A DNA stretch of 33,867 bases from Candidatus Micrarchaeota archaeon (lineage in GTDB: Archaea; Micrarchaeota; Micrarchaeia; Anstonellales; Anstonellaceae): contig JBDRNY010000067.1 of assembly GCA_043810635.1 (NCBI GenBank), positions 1 through 33,867 of the forward strand, given 5' to 3'. This document shows, piece by piece, positions 17,486 through 25,068 of the stretch. The stretch's first letter is position 1. Each line of letters begins with the position of its first letter. The notes beneath the pieces are model-generated. The model searched no databases. It saw only the letters and a list, made by a program, of their open reading frames with translations, and was not told the origin of the DNA. Position numbers and translations under genes: made by a program.

Positions 17486-19153
17486 GTGCAACTGAAAATG
17501 CTTTATATCATATTCATTTTGTCAGCATTTGTTTTTGCAAATACAGAGCAATTGCATACAGATTTGACCACTCATTTTTCAACAGGAAGCTTGAATATTG
17601 AAAGAAATTTGGTAATAAAGCCGGTGGAGAGGGTAAGCTCCTCGACAGGGGCGGTGGCTTCAAGATATGAGAGCATAATTACAATTAAAATAAAGAATTT
17701 GGCAAAAGAGGCAAAAACAGATTTTGTTATCCAGGAGGATTTAACCTACCTTCCCCAGGACGTGAAGCCGAGTTATAATATACAGCCAAAAATAGAAGAC
17801 GCTTTTTCTGCCTTATGGAAGAAAAATATTCTTGAAGCAGGGGAGGAATATGAAATAATCATGCGCCTTCCAGGAATGGTTTCAGCAGATGAAATGAAAT
17901 CCCTCCCTATCCCGGGGATTGAATATAACATGCCTAAAGCAGTGCTACAAGCCCCTGAATTTACAGAAAAAGACGGAAATATAATGCTTGAATTAGCTGA
18001 CTCTTATGGCAATGGAATTTCAAATGCATTCATAAGGATAGGGTACCCGGACGGGGAAAGCAAGCTGGTGGCAACAGACAGGGAAGGAAAAGTGGGTATT
18101 ATTGCAGAGCAGATTGGATTTTACACTTTTTCAGTGCCAGATTATGATGTTGGAGGGGTGGAAAAAACCCAGACAGTAAAAGAAATAATTGAATTTAATG
18201 GAGAAAAAGAAGAGGAAGTGGAGGAAAAAGAAGAGGGGGGAGATGTGCTTGGGCCTCTTGCCTCAATCCTGCCTATTTTGCTGGGCTTGGCAATAGCCCT
18301 TGTTATTGCATTTTCGATTTACAGGTATTTTTCAAGCCCTGTTGATGAAGAAGAAAAGCCGCTTCCGCCTGCGCCTGCAACAAAGCCTGCTACAAAAGAC
18401 GCTGATGAAAGAGTGGAAGAAATAGAATATATGCAAGGAGAGCAGCCGATTGCGCCGCCCCTTATGCCAGATATGGCTGAAATAAGGGAAGAAGAAGGTC
18501 AGGCAAGCGAGGATGTAAGTGCTATTAGCCAGGATATGATAGCAAGAAGAAGGGAGAAAAGGGAAGAAGAAGTGCTGGAAATGGCAGAAGAGGAAGAGCG
18601 GGCCGAATCCGGGGAAGAAGTATCTGGAAAAGAAGAAGCTGGGGAGATGGAATGGGAAGGAAAAGAGGAGGAAATGCCCCAGCCGGAAATTAAGGAAGAG
18701 CAGATAGATGATGATGCAATAAAAAAGACTATTGCAGAGCTTGAGCAATTAAGAGAGCAGCTGAAAGAAGGGAAAAAAGATGAAATAGAAGAGCTTCAGG
18801 AGGAAGCGCAGGAAGATATGCCGATAGAGCAGGAATATGAATTCAAGGCGCCTGTTGAAGAGGAGGAAACAGAGAAGCAGATGCAGGGCATTATGAAGGA
18901 AGTGCAGGAGCAAAGCAGGAAAGAGCTTATTGATGAAGATATTGGAAAGCTTTTGAAAGAAACAGAAAAAGATGTCAAAGGCGCAGGAAGGAAGGGGAGA
19001 GCCAGAAAAGGGCCGAGCGTGCTTCCTATGAAAGAAAAAGCGCCTTTCAAAAAAGGGGAAAAAGTCAAAAAATCCGGAAAATTGAAAAAATTAAAAAAAG
19101 CAAAGCCAAGAAAGCCTGCTAAAAAGAAAGGGAGGAAAAAAAGAAATAAATAG
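17486..19153 (+). CDS. Single-pass membrane protein: signal peptide, beta-rich ectodomain, long acidic cytoplasmic region, Lys-rich tail
   Basis: AGGTGAGG RBS, signal-like LYIIFILSAFVFA, TM LASILPILLGLAIALVIAFSIY, Glu-rich region, KKPAKKKGRKKRNK end. Confidence 0.85.
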   Translation: MQLKMLYIIFILSAFVFANTEQLHTDLTTHFSTGSLNIERNLVIKPVERVSSSTGAVASRYESIITIKIKNLAKEAKTDFVIQEDLTYLPQDVKPSYNIQPKIEDAFSALWKKNILEAGEEYEIIMRLPGMVSADEMKSLPIPGIEYNMPKAVLQAPEFTEKDGNIMLELADSYGNGISNAFIRIGYPDGESKLVATDREGKVGIIAEQIGFYTFSVPDYDVGGVEKTQTVKEIIEFNGEKEEEVEEKEEGGDVLGPLASILPILLGLAIALVIAFSIYRYFSSPVDEEEKPLPPAPATKPATKDADERVEEIEYMQGEQPIAPPLMPDMAEIREEEGQASEDVSAISQDMIARRREKREEEVLEMAEEEERAESGEEVSGKEEAGEMEWEGKEEEMPQPEIKEEQIDDDAIKKTIAELEQLREQLKEGKKDEIEELQEEAQEDMPIEQEYEFKAPVEEEETEKQMQGIMKEVQEQSRKELIDEDIGKLLKETEKDVKGAGRKGRARKGPSVLPMKEKAPFKKGEKVKKSGKLKKLKKAKPRKPAKKKGRKKRNK

Positions 19154-19180
19154 TTAAATCCTCCCCCCCTAATTTTTTAT

Positions 19181-19573
19181 ATGGAAGTGGAAAAAGCGCC
19201 TGATGTGCAGGGAATGGTTGATGAGATTATTACCACCCTTGAGAAAGAGGGGGAGCATATCAACCAATACAGGATTATTTGCATGAGAAGCAGAAATTCC
19301 AAGGCTAATGCATATGCAAGAATATGGAATTTCCCGAAAATATGGCAAAAAGCGCTTGATATTTCAACTTTTTATGTAATTGAAGTGCTTTCAGAGCATT
19401 TTGACAAACTATCGCAGGAAGAGAAGGAGAAAACATTGATACACGAATTATTGCATATACCAAAAACATTTTCAGGGGCATTGCTTGCCCACGGGCATCC
19501 AGCCTCGCCTGTAAATAACAAAAGAGTGATGAAATTGTGGAAAGAGTATAAGAAGAGGAAGGAAATGGATTAA
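19181..19573 (+). CDS. Putative metallopeptidase (phage metallopeptidase-like, HExxH)
   Basis: AYARIW, YVIEVLSEHF and TLIHELLHIP. Confidence 0.85.
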   Translation: MEVEKAPDVQGMVDEIITTLEKEGEHINQYRIICMRSRNSKANAYARIWNFPKIWQKALDISTFYVIEVLSEHFDKLSQEEKEKTLIHELLHIPKTFSGALLAHGHPASPVNNKRVMKLWKEYKKRKEMD

Positions 19574-19824
19574 ATTTCCCTGTAAACTTTTTTTCTATGC
19601 CCGATTTTTATTATGGCAATTATCTGAACTTCCTCCTGCAAATCTGCAATAACTCTGTAATCTCCAACTCGCAGTTTATAATAAGGAAAAGAAACCAGTT
19701 TCACAAAATAATGGTGCGGGTTTTGCTTGGCTTGCCTAATTTTTTTATATATTGATTCTGATATTTTCCTGTCCAAACTAATCAATTGTGCATCTGCCTT
19801 TTTAGTATAAAATACACGCCACAT
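19570..19824 (-). CDS. relE: RelE/StbE-family type II toxin
   Basis: NPHHYFVKL...YKLRVGDYRVI...IGHRKKVY. Confidence 0.92.
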   Translation of the reverse strand: MWRVFYTKKADAQLISLDRKISESIYKKIRQAKQNPHHYFVKLVSFPYYKLRVGDYRVIADLQEEVQIIAIIKIGHRKKVYREI

Positions 19825-19833
19825 CCCAAGACC

Positions 19834-20061
19834 TCAGTCCTTAATTCCGAGATGTTTTTTCACTTCTTCCTCAGTGTAAACTCTTCCTGCCTTAATATCC
19901 GCAATTCCCTGCTTTATATCCTCGATATCGTTTGCATCCAAATCATCAGGATTATCCAGCAAATTGTTTACCACTTCATCATATGACTGCCGCCCGTACT
20001 TTTTCAGCCTCTTGAGGCGCGCAACTGTTTTTTTCTTTAGCTGAACCATGGTATTTTCCAT
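19834..20061 (-). CDS. Cognate antitoxin (RHH-like N-terminus)
   Basis: TMVQLKKKTVARLKRLK...SYDEVVNNLLD and IKQGIADIKAGRVYTEEEVKKHLG; directly upstream of relE. Confidence 0.85.
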   Translation of the reverse strand: MENTMVQLKKKTVARLKRLKKYGRQSYDEVVNNLLDNPDDLDANDIEDIKQGIADIKAGRVYTEEEVKKHLGIKD

Positions 20062-20082
20062 AATTGCACCATTATAAATATA

Positions 20083-20100
20083 TTATAAACTAGTTTATAA
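20083..20100. promoter_or_regulatory. Perfect 18-bp palindrome over the TA promoter (likely antitoxin operator)
   Basis: TTATAAACTAGTTTATAA, 22-39 bp upstream of the antitoxin ATG and containing TATA-like sequence. Confidence 0.65.
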
Positions 20101-20128
20101 GTGTTTCTAAAGCAGCTTTCCGGTGCAA

Positions 20129-20677
20129 CTAGTCAAGAGAGTATTTTCCTAATTTTATCCAATTTGCCTTGCCTTTTTCCACATACCCAAGCACAAATTC
20201 CATCCTGAGCGCCCGGGCAGTTGCCAATTCCCTTTCCAAACCATCCAGTGATGCTTTCCATTTGATATTTACAAGCCGCACCAAAGTTTGGGCCCGCTCC
20301 TGCTCTCTTCCCACCCCTCGCGCATGCACCCTCCAATATTGGGGGGAATTGGGGAAAAATCTTACAATTCGCCCACCCGACCTAATTTGTTTGTATAAAA
20401 TATATTGCTCCTCCGCCTCAGGCACGGCAGGCATCGCGGACGGGCGGGCAGGTCTGCTTTTGTTTTTTTTGGATTTGTATATTTTTAATATACTTTTTGC
20501 GTCCATGCTTTTTTTCTCTCTTTTTATTTTTGCAATGCCCATATCTGCAATATAAGCTGCCTCGAGCGGGTGGAGCACCACTCCTTGAGCTGTTTTTTTC
20601 CCAAAACCGGATTGGAGAAGGAAAATATCTTCTTTTTTGCTTTCAGACAAAAAATTGCCTTTCTCAAGCTTTACCAT
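20129..20677 (-). CDS. tRNA-splicing endonuclease-like subunit, apparently non-catalytic
   Basis: GFGKK...LHPLEAAY N-domain, LYKQIRSGGRIV, WRVHARG, ARALRMEFVLGYV. The Tyr/His/Lys triad positions appear substituted. Confidence 0.7.
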   Translation of the reverse strand: MVKLEKGNFLSESKKEDIFLLQSGFGKKTAQGVVLHPLEAAYIADMGIAKIKREKKSMDAKSILKIYKSKKNKSRPARPSAMPAVPEAEEQYILYKQIRSGGRIVRFFPNSPQYWRVHARGVGREQERAQTLVRLVNIKWKASLDGLERELATARALRMEFVLGYVEKGKANWIKLGKYSLD

Positions 20678-20731
20678 ACCCAATATTAGCAGTGCATTTT
20701 GTTTTAAGCCTTTTTAGACAAAATATTGAAT

Positions 20732-22138
20732 ATGCTGTATATTCAAGATACAATGTCGGGAGAGCTTTTGCAGCTGGAGCCAGCAGAGGGGGGAGTGCTG
20801 AATATTTATGTGTGCGGAGTCACCCCGTATGACAATTGCCATCTTGGCCATGCAAGAACTTTTGCTGCATTTGATATAATGCGAAGATGGCTTGAGAAGG
20901 GGTGCGGCTATAAAGTAAATTTTATTCAAAATGTTACAGATATTGATGACAAGATAATCAAAAGGGCTAAGGAAAAAGGAGTAAAGCCGTTAGAGCTTTC
21001 AGATAAATTTGACAAAAAATCAAGGGAGGAGATGGAAAAGCTGAATATTCTTACTCCCACGGCTATGCCCAAAATATCTGAGCATATTGCCCAAACCCTT
21101 GATATGATAAAAAAATTGCTGGATAATGGAGTGGCATACAAAACAAAAACCGGAATTTATTATGATATTTCAGAATTTCCAGAATATGGCAAATTATCCC
21201 ACCAAAAATTGGAAAATATTAAGGCGGGGGCAAGGGTGGAAGTGGATGCGAAAAAGAAAAATCCAGAAGATTTTGCATTATGGAAATTTGAGGAAACAGA
21301 AGGGGCTACCTATGATTCCCCTTGGGGCAGGGGAAGGCCTGGCTGGCATATTGAATGCTCTGCCATGTCAATGCATGCAACAAACGGAAAGCCCCTTGAC
21401 TTGCACTGCGGTGCCAGGGATTTGATATTTCCTCACCATGAAAATGAAATTGCTCAAAGCGAGGGGGCGGGATATAAGCCGTTTTCAAGAATGTGGGTGC
21501 ATACTGGCTTTTTGACAGTGAATGGGGAGAAGATGGCAAAATCCCTTGGAAATTTTATTACAATTGAAAAAGCATTTAAAAAATGGGATGCAAATACCTT
21601 GAGAATGTTTTTTGCCGGCTCCCATTATCGCTCTCCTATTGATTTTTCAGAAGAAGCTATTGAGAGCGCCAAAAACACGGTTGAAAATGTTAGGCGAAAT
21701 TTGACTATTATGCAGGGAGAGGGGAAAAATTCAGATAATGATGCTGAGAAAATGCTTGCAAACGCTATTAGCGCCCGTTTGAAGAAATTTGATGAAGTTA
21801 TGAGCACTGATTTGGAAACCCCCCAGGCGCTGGCAGAATTAATTGCCGCTTCAAAGGAAATTGCAAGGGCAAGAGCCGAAGATAAGTGCTTTGGGGAAAT
21901 ATTGGAAAAGCATTCAGACAGAATAAAAGAAAAATTTGAATTATTGGGCATTAAACTGGATGGGAAAGGGAAAAAAAAAGAAATATCTAAAAAAGAAATA
22001 AAAAAATTAATTGAAGAAAGAGAGGATGCAAGGAAAAATAAGGATTGGGAGAAGGCAGACAAAATAAGAAATGAATTAAAAAAGAAAGGAGTGGTATTGG
22101 AAGATTCTAAAGACGGCGTTAGATGGAAATATGTTTAA
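20732..22138 (+). CDS. cysS: Cysteine--tRNA ligase
   Basis: YVCGVTPYDNCHLGHAR (HIGH), DFALWK, GRPGWHIECSAM, FPHHENE and KMAKSLGN. Confidence 0.97.
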   Translation: MLYIQDTMSGELLQLEPAEGGVLNIYVCGVTPYDNCHLGHARTFAAFDIMRRWLEKGCGYKVNFIQNVTDIDDKIIKRAKEKGVKPLELSDKFDKKSREEMEKLNILTPTAMPKISEHIAQTLDMIKKLLDNGVAYKTKTGIYYDISEFPEYGKLSHQKLENIKAGARVEVDAKKKNPEDFALWKFEETEGATYDSPWGRGRPGWHIECSAMSMHATNGKPLDLHCGARDLIFPHHENEIAQSEGAGYKPFSRMWVHTGFLTVNGEKMAKSLGNFITIEKAFKKWDANTLRMFFAGSHYRSPIDFSEEAIESAKNTVENVRRNLTIMQGEGKNSDNDAEKMLANAISARLKKFDEVMSTDLETPQALAELIAASKEIARARAEDKCFGEILEKHSDRIKEKFELLGIKLDGKGKKKEISKKEIKKLIEEREDARKNKDWEKADKIRNELKKKGVVLEDSKDGVRWKYV

Positions 22139-22204
22139 TTCAGCTATTTTTGCAAATACAAACTCTAATAAACCCCATTTCCCATAGATGAGATTGGTGG
22201 TAGC

Positions 22205-22420
22205 TTGATTTTGCCAAAAGCGCCGGTAGAAAGATTGATTAGAAGTTCTGGGGCAGAAAGGGTGGCAGATGCAGCATCAGCAGAATTAGCAGATATTTTG
22301 GAAAAAATCGGATATAAAATTGCAGAGCAGGCAAAAAAATATGCACATCATGCCGGAAGAAAAACAATTGTTGCCGAGGACATTAAACTATCAGCAGGAG
22401 AGTATATAGGGAATATTTAA
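22205..22420 (+). CDS. Archaeal histone (HMf-like)
   Basis: LPKAPVERLIR..GAERV...AHHAGRKTIVAEDIKL histone fold. TTG start with GGTGG RBS. Confidence 0.93.
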   Translation: MILPKAPVERLIRSSGAERVADAASAELADILEKIGYKIAEQAKKYAHHAGRKTIVAEDIKLSAGEYIGNI

Positions 22421-23436
22421 TCTATTTTTATTTTCAATTTCCCCCCTGTTTTTCCTTTCTTTTCTTTTTCTAAAACAATTTTTTCATCAATTTCAGGCAA
22501 ATGCAGTTCCATCCATCTGGCAACATGGGTTAATTCTTTTATTTGCTTTTCAGCATCCTCCAGCGCCTTTTTCTGCTCTTCAAGCCTTTTTTGAAGCTTG
22601 AGGATGCGGGCGCTTTTTTCTCCTTCAGAAAAAGATTCTAGGCTGTTTTCAGCAAAATATTCCACGGCTTTGCCAAATAAATCAAATTTTTTCTGCTTTT
22701 CAAACCCTTCCAATTCAGCAAGCGAAACTTCTGCAGGTGTTTTTTTGCTTAAATAAACCCTGGGGGAGGTGTTTTTTTGCATATTTGAAATAATTTCCAA
22801 TATTTTTGATGCCTTTTCCCCGCTTATATCACAAACTTTTTGGTTTTTGTCTGCTTCTGCCTGCTTTAATGCTTCAAGCACATAAATTTTTCCGATTGAC
22901 AGCTTTGAAAGCGCGGTTCCGATTTTCACATCCCCGTATTTTGCTTTAAATTCATCCCATTCGTCAATAGTGGAAGGGAGGGCAAACTCTTTGGGAGAAG
23001 GCCAGGGAAATTTTTGTGCTTTTTTATAAAGTTTTTTTGAAGTTGGCTTGAAAGAGTATGGGTGAATTATTATATCATTTTCATCCAGCAAAAACATGTT
23101 TCCTTGCGCATATTGCTCAAATACCAATTTCAGCCCGTTTGAAAATTTTAGTATATACACCCGGTCATTTGAATATTGCTCAAATGAGAACAGTTTTTTG
23201 TTGGTTAAATGCTTGCGCAAAAGCATTGAAAACGAGGGAGGGTTTTGTGGAGTGGGGGGAGGGGTGGAAGTGATATAGAAATATTCTGCCAATGAAATGA
23301 TGAGGGAATGCTTGCCAAAGTCAAGGCGGAATTTTCTTGGGCATAATTCATATATTTTATTCACCCTTTTGCCCACTAACACCTGGGCTTCGCTTAGAAG
23401 AATGGAATATTCCCAATTTGAAAGTGTTCGGTGCAT
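22417..23436 (-). CDS. NFACT/Rqc2 (RqcH)-like protein, N-terminal part only
   Basis: GKRVNKIY, PPSFSMLLRKHL, Q...DRV, GNMFLLD, HhH-like IGKIYVLEAL, then coiled coil. No NFACT-R domain visible. Confidence 0.85.
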   Translation of the reverse strand: MHRTLSNWEYSILLSEAQVLVGKRVNKIYELCPRKFRLDFGKHSLIISLAEYFYITSTPPPTPQNPPSFSMLLRKHLTNKKLFSFEQYSNDRVYILKFSNGLKLVFEQYAQGNMFLLDENDIIIHPYSFKPTSKKLYKKAQKFPWPSPKEFALPSTIDEWDEFKAKYGDVKIGTALSKLSIGKIYVLEALKQAEADKNQKVCDISGEKASKILEIISNMQKNTSPRVYLSKKTPAEVSLAELEGFEKQKKFDLFGKAVEYFAENSLESFSEGEKSARILKLQKRLEEQKKALEDAEKQIKELTHVARWMELHLPEIDEKIVLEKEKKGKTGGKLKIKID

Positions 23437-23472
23437 ATAGGTATTTAGATAATGCCTGTTTAAATATAACTT

Positions 23473-24999
23473 ATGCCCACCCATTTAAACGGAGCAGTGC
23501 CTGTTCCGCGGGAATATCAAAAATCCATTGCCCAGTCAGTATTGGAAAAAGGCTCTACTTTGGTAGTATTGCCTACAGGAATGGGAAAAACATTAATTGC
23601 ATTAATGGTTACAGACAGGATGCTGGAAAAAGGAAGGGTGCTTTTTCTTGCCCCTACAAGGCCTCTTGCTGCCCAGCATGAAAAAACATGCAAAGACTGG
23701 CTTAATTTGAAAGAAGGGGAGATTTCTTCAGTATCTGGGCTTATTCCGGCTAAAAAGCGCCCGAAAATATATGAATCAAGTGCCAAAATTATTATTTCCA
23801 CCCCTCAAACAATTGCAAATGATTTGAAGCATAATAGAATAAAATGGGATTTTGGATTGGTTATATTTGATGAAGTGCATAGGGCGGTTGGAAAATATGC
23901 TTATACCAAAGTGGCGCAGGCTGCAAAAGAGAATAATGCCCTTGTTTTAGGTTTGACTGCCTCTCCTGGAGCGCAGGAAAAAAGGATTAAGGAGGTTATG
24001 GATGCTCTTGGAATTGAGAATGTAGAAGTAAGGGTAAGGGAAGATTTGGATGTAAAAAAATATGTAATGCCTTTGGAAATAGAATGGATTGGGGTAAAAT
24101 TAACCCCTGAAATTATGAGGATAAAGAAAGTGCTTGAAGCGATGATATGGGAAAGAGCAAGAACATTGAGAAGAATGGGCTATAAGGGAAGCATGGGCTC
24201 TAAAAAAGGGCTTGCCCAAATAAGGGAGAAAATCCTTGCCTCAGAATCAAGATTTAAATATGCTGCCATTTCCCACCACGCCTCCCTTTTTTCATTGGTG
24301 CATTTGCTGGAATTGCTTGAAACCCAGGGGGTGGAAGCTGCCAGAAGGTTTATTGTGAAAATAAGGGAGAGGAAAGAAAGCAAAGCACAAAAAAGGATTT
24401 TGTATGACCACAGGTTTGCTGCAATAGAGGAAAAGCTGAAAAAATGCAAAGAGCATCCAAAATTGGGCAAATTGATTGAAATTATCAAAAAAAGGCCGGA
24501 TGGGGAGAAATTTATTGTATTTTCCCAATACAGGGACCAGGTAATGGTGCTTGTGTCAGCGTTTATGAAGGCGGGGTTAAGGGCAGAAGCATTTATGGGG
24601 AAAAAGGATGGCATTACCCAAAAAGCGCAAACAAAAACAATCCAAGATTTTCGGGAAGGAAAATTTGATATATTGGCTGCAACTTCAATAGGAGAGGAAG
24701 GGTTGGATATTCCGTCAGTAGATAATGTAATATTTTATGAGCCGGTTCCTTCTGAAATAAGGGCAATTCAAAGAAGGGGAAGGGCTGGCAGGGCTAAATT
24801 AGGAAGAATGATAGGGTTGGTTGCAGAAGGGACAAGAGATGTTGCATTTTTCTGGGCTGCAAGAAGAAGAGAGGAAAAAATGAAGCAAATAGTCAGAAAA
24901 TTGAGTTTGAAAGAGGAAAAAGCGGGGGAAGAAAAGAAGGAAAGCCCGCCATCTGATAAAAAATCAGAAAAACAGACAACAATAACTGATTTTGGCTGA
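23473..24999 (+). CDS. Hef/FANCM/MPH1-like SF2 helicase without ERCC4 nuclease domain
   Basis: REYQ, LPTGMGKT, FDEVHRAVGKYAY, LTASPG, TSIGEEGLDIP, QRRGRAGR and a C-terminal PIP box QTTITDF. Confidence 0.92.
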   Translation: MPTHLNGAVPVPREYQKSIAQSVLEKGSTLVVLPTGMGKTLIALMVTDRMLEKGRVLFLAPTRPLAAQHEKTCKDWLNLKEGEISSVSGLIPAKKRPKIYESSAKIIISTPQTIANDLKHNRIKWDFGLVIFDEVHRAVGKYAYTKVAQAAKENNALVLGLTASPGAQEKRIKEVMDALGIENVEVRVREDLDVKKYVMPLEIEWIGVKLTPEIMRIKKVLEAMIWERARTLRRMGYKGSMGSKKGLAQIREKILASESRFKYAAISHHASLFSLVHLLELLETQGVEAARRFIVKIRERKESKAQKRILYDHRFAAIEEKLKKCKEHPKLGKLIEIIKKRPDGEKFIVFSQYRDQVMVLVSAFMKAGLRAEAFMGKKDGITQKAQTKTIQDFREGKFDILAATSIGEEGLDIPSVDNVIFYEPVPSEIRAIQRRGRAGRAKLGRMIGLVAEGTRDVAFFWAARRREEKMKQIVRKLSLKEEKAGEEKKESPPSDKKSEKQTTITDFG

Positions 25000-25068
25000 A
25001 TATTCGGGGAAGCTAAGGCGGGCCAAAAAAGCAGGAAAAATAATAAGCCAACAATAACTGATTTTAGC
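24977..25068 (+). repeat. Direct repeat of the helicase PIP-box coding sequence, 72-bp period
   Basis: CAACAATAACTGATTTT at 24977-24993 and 25049-25065; extends to 20/21 identity. Confidence 0.85.

Noticed and set aside
18476..18486. GCTGAAATAAG partial complement to the tnpB #1 guide
   Set aside because: Only 11 nt and it misses the TAM-proximal bases; plausible by chance in AT-rich DNA.
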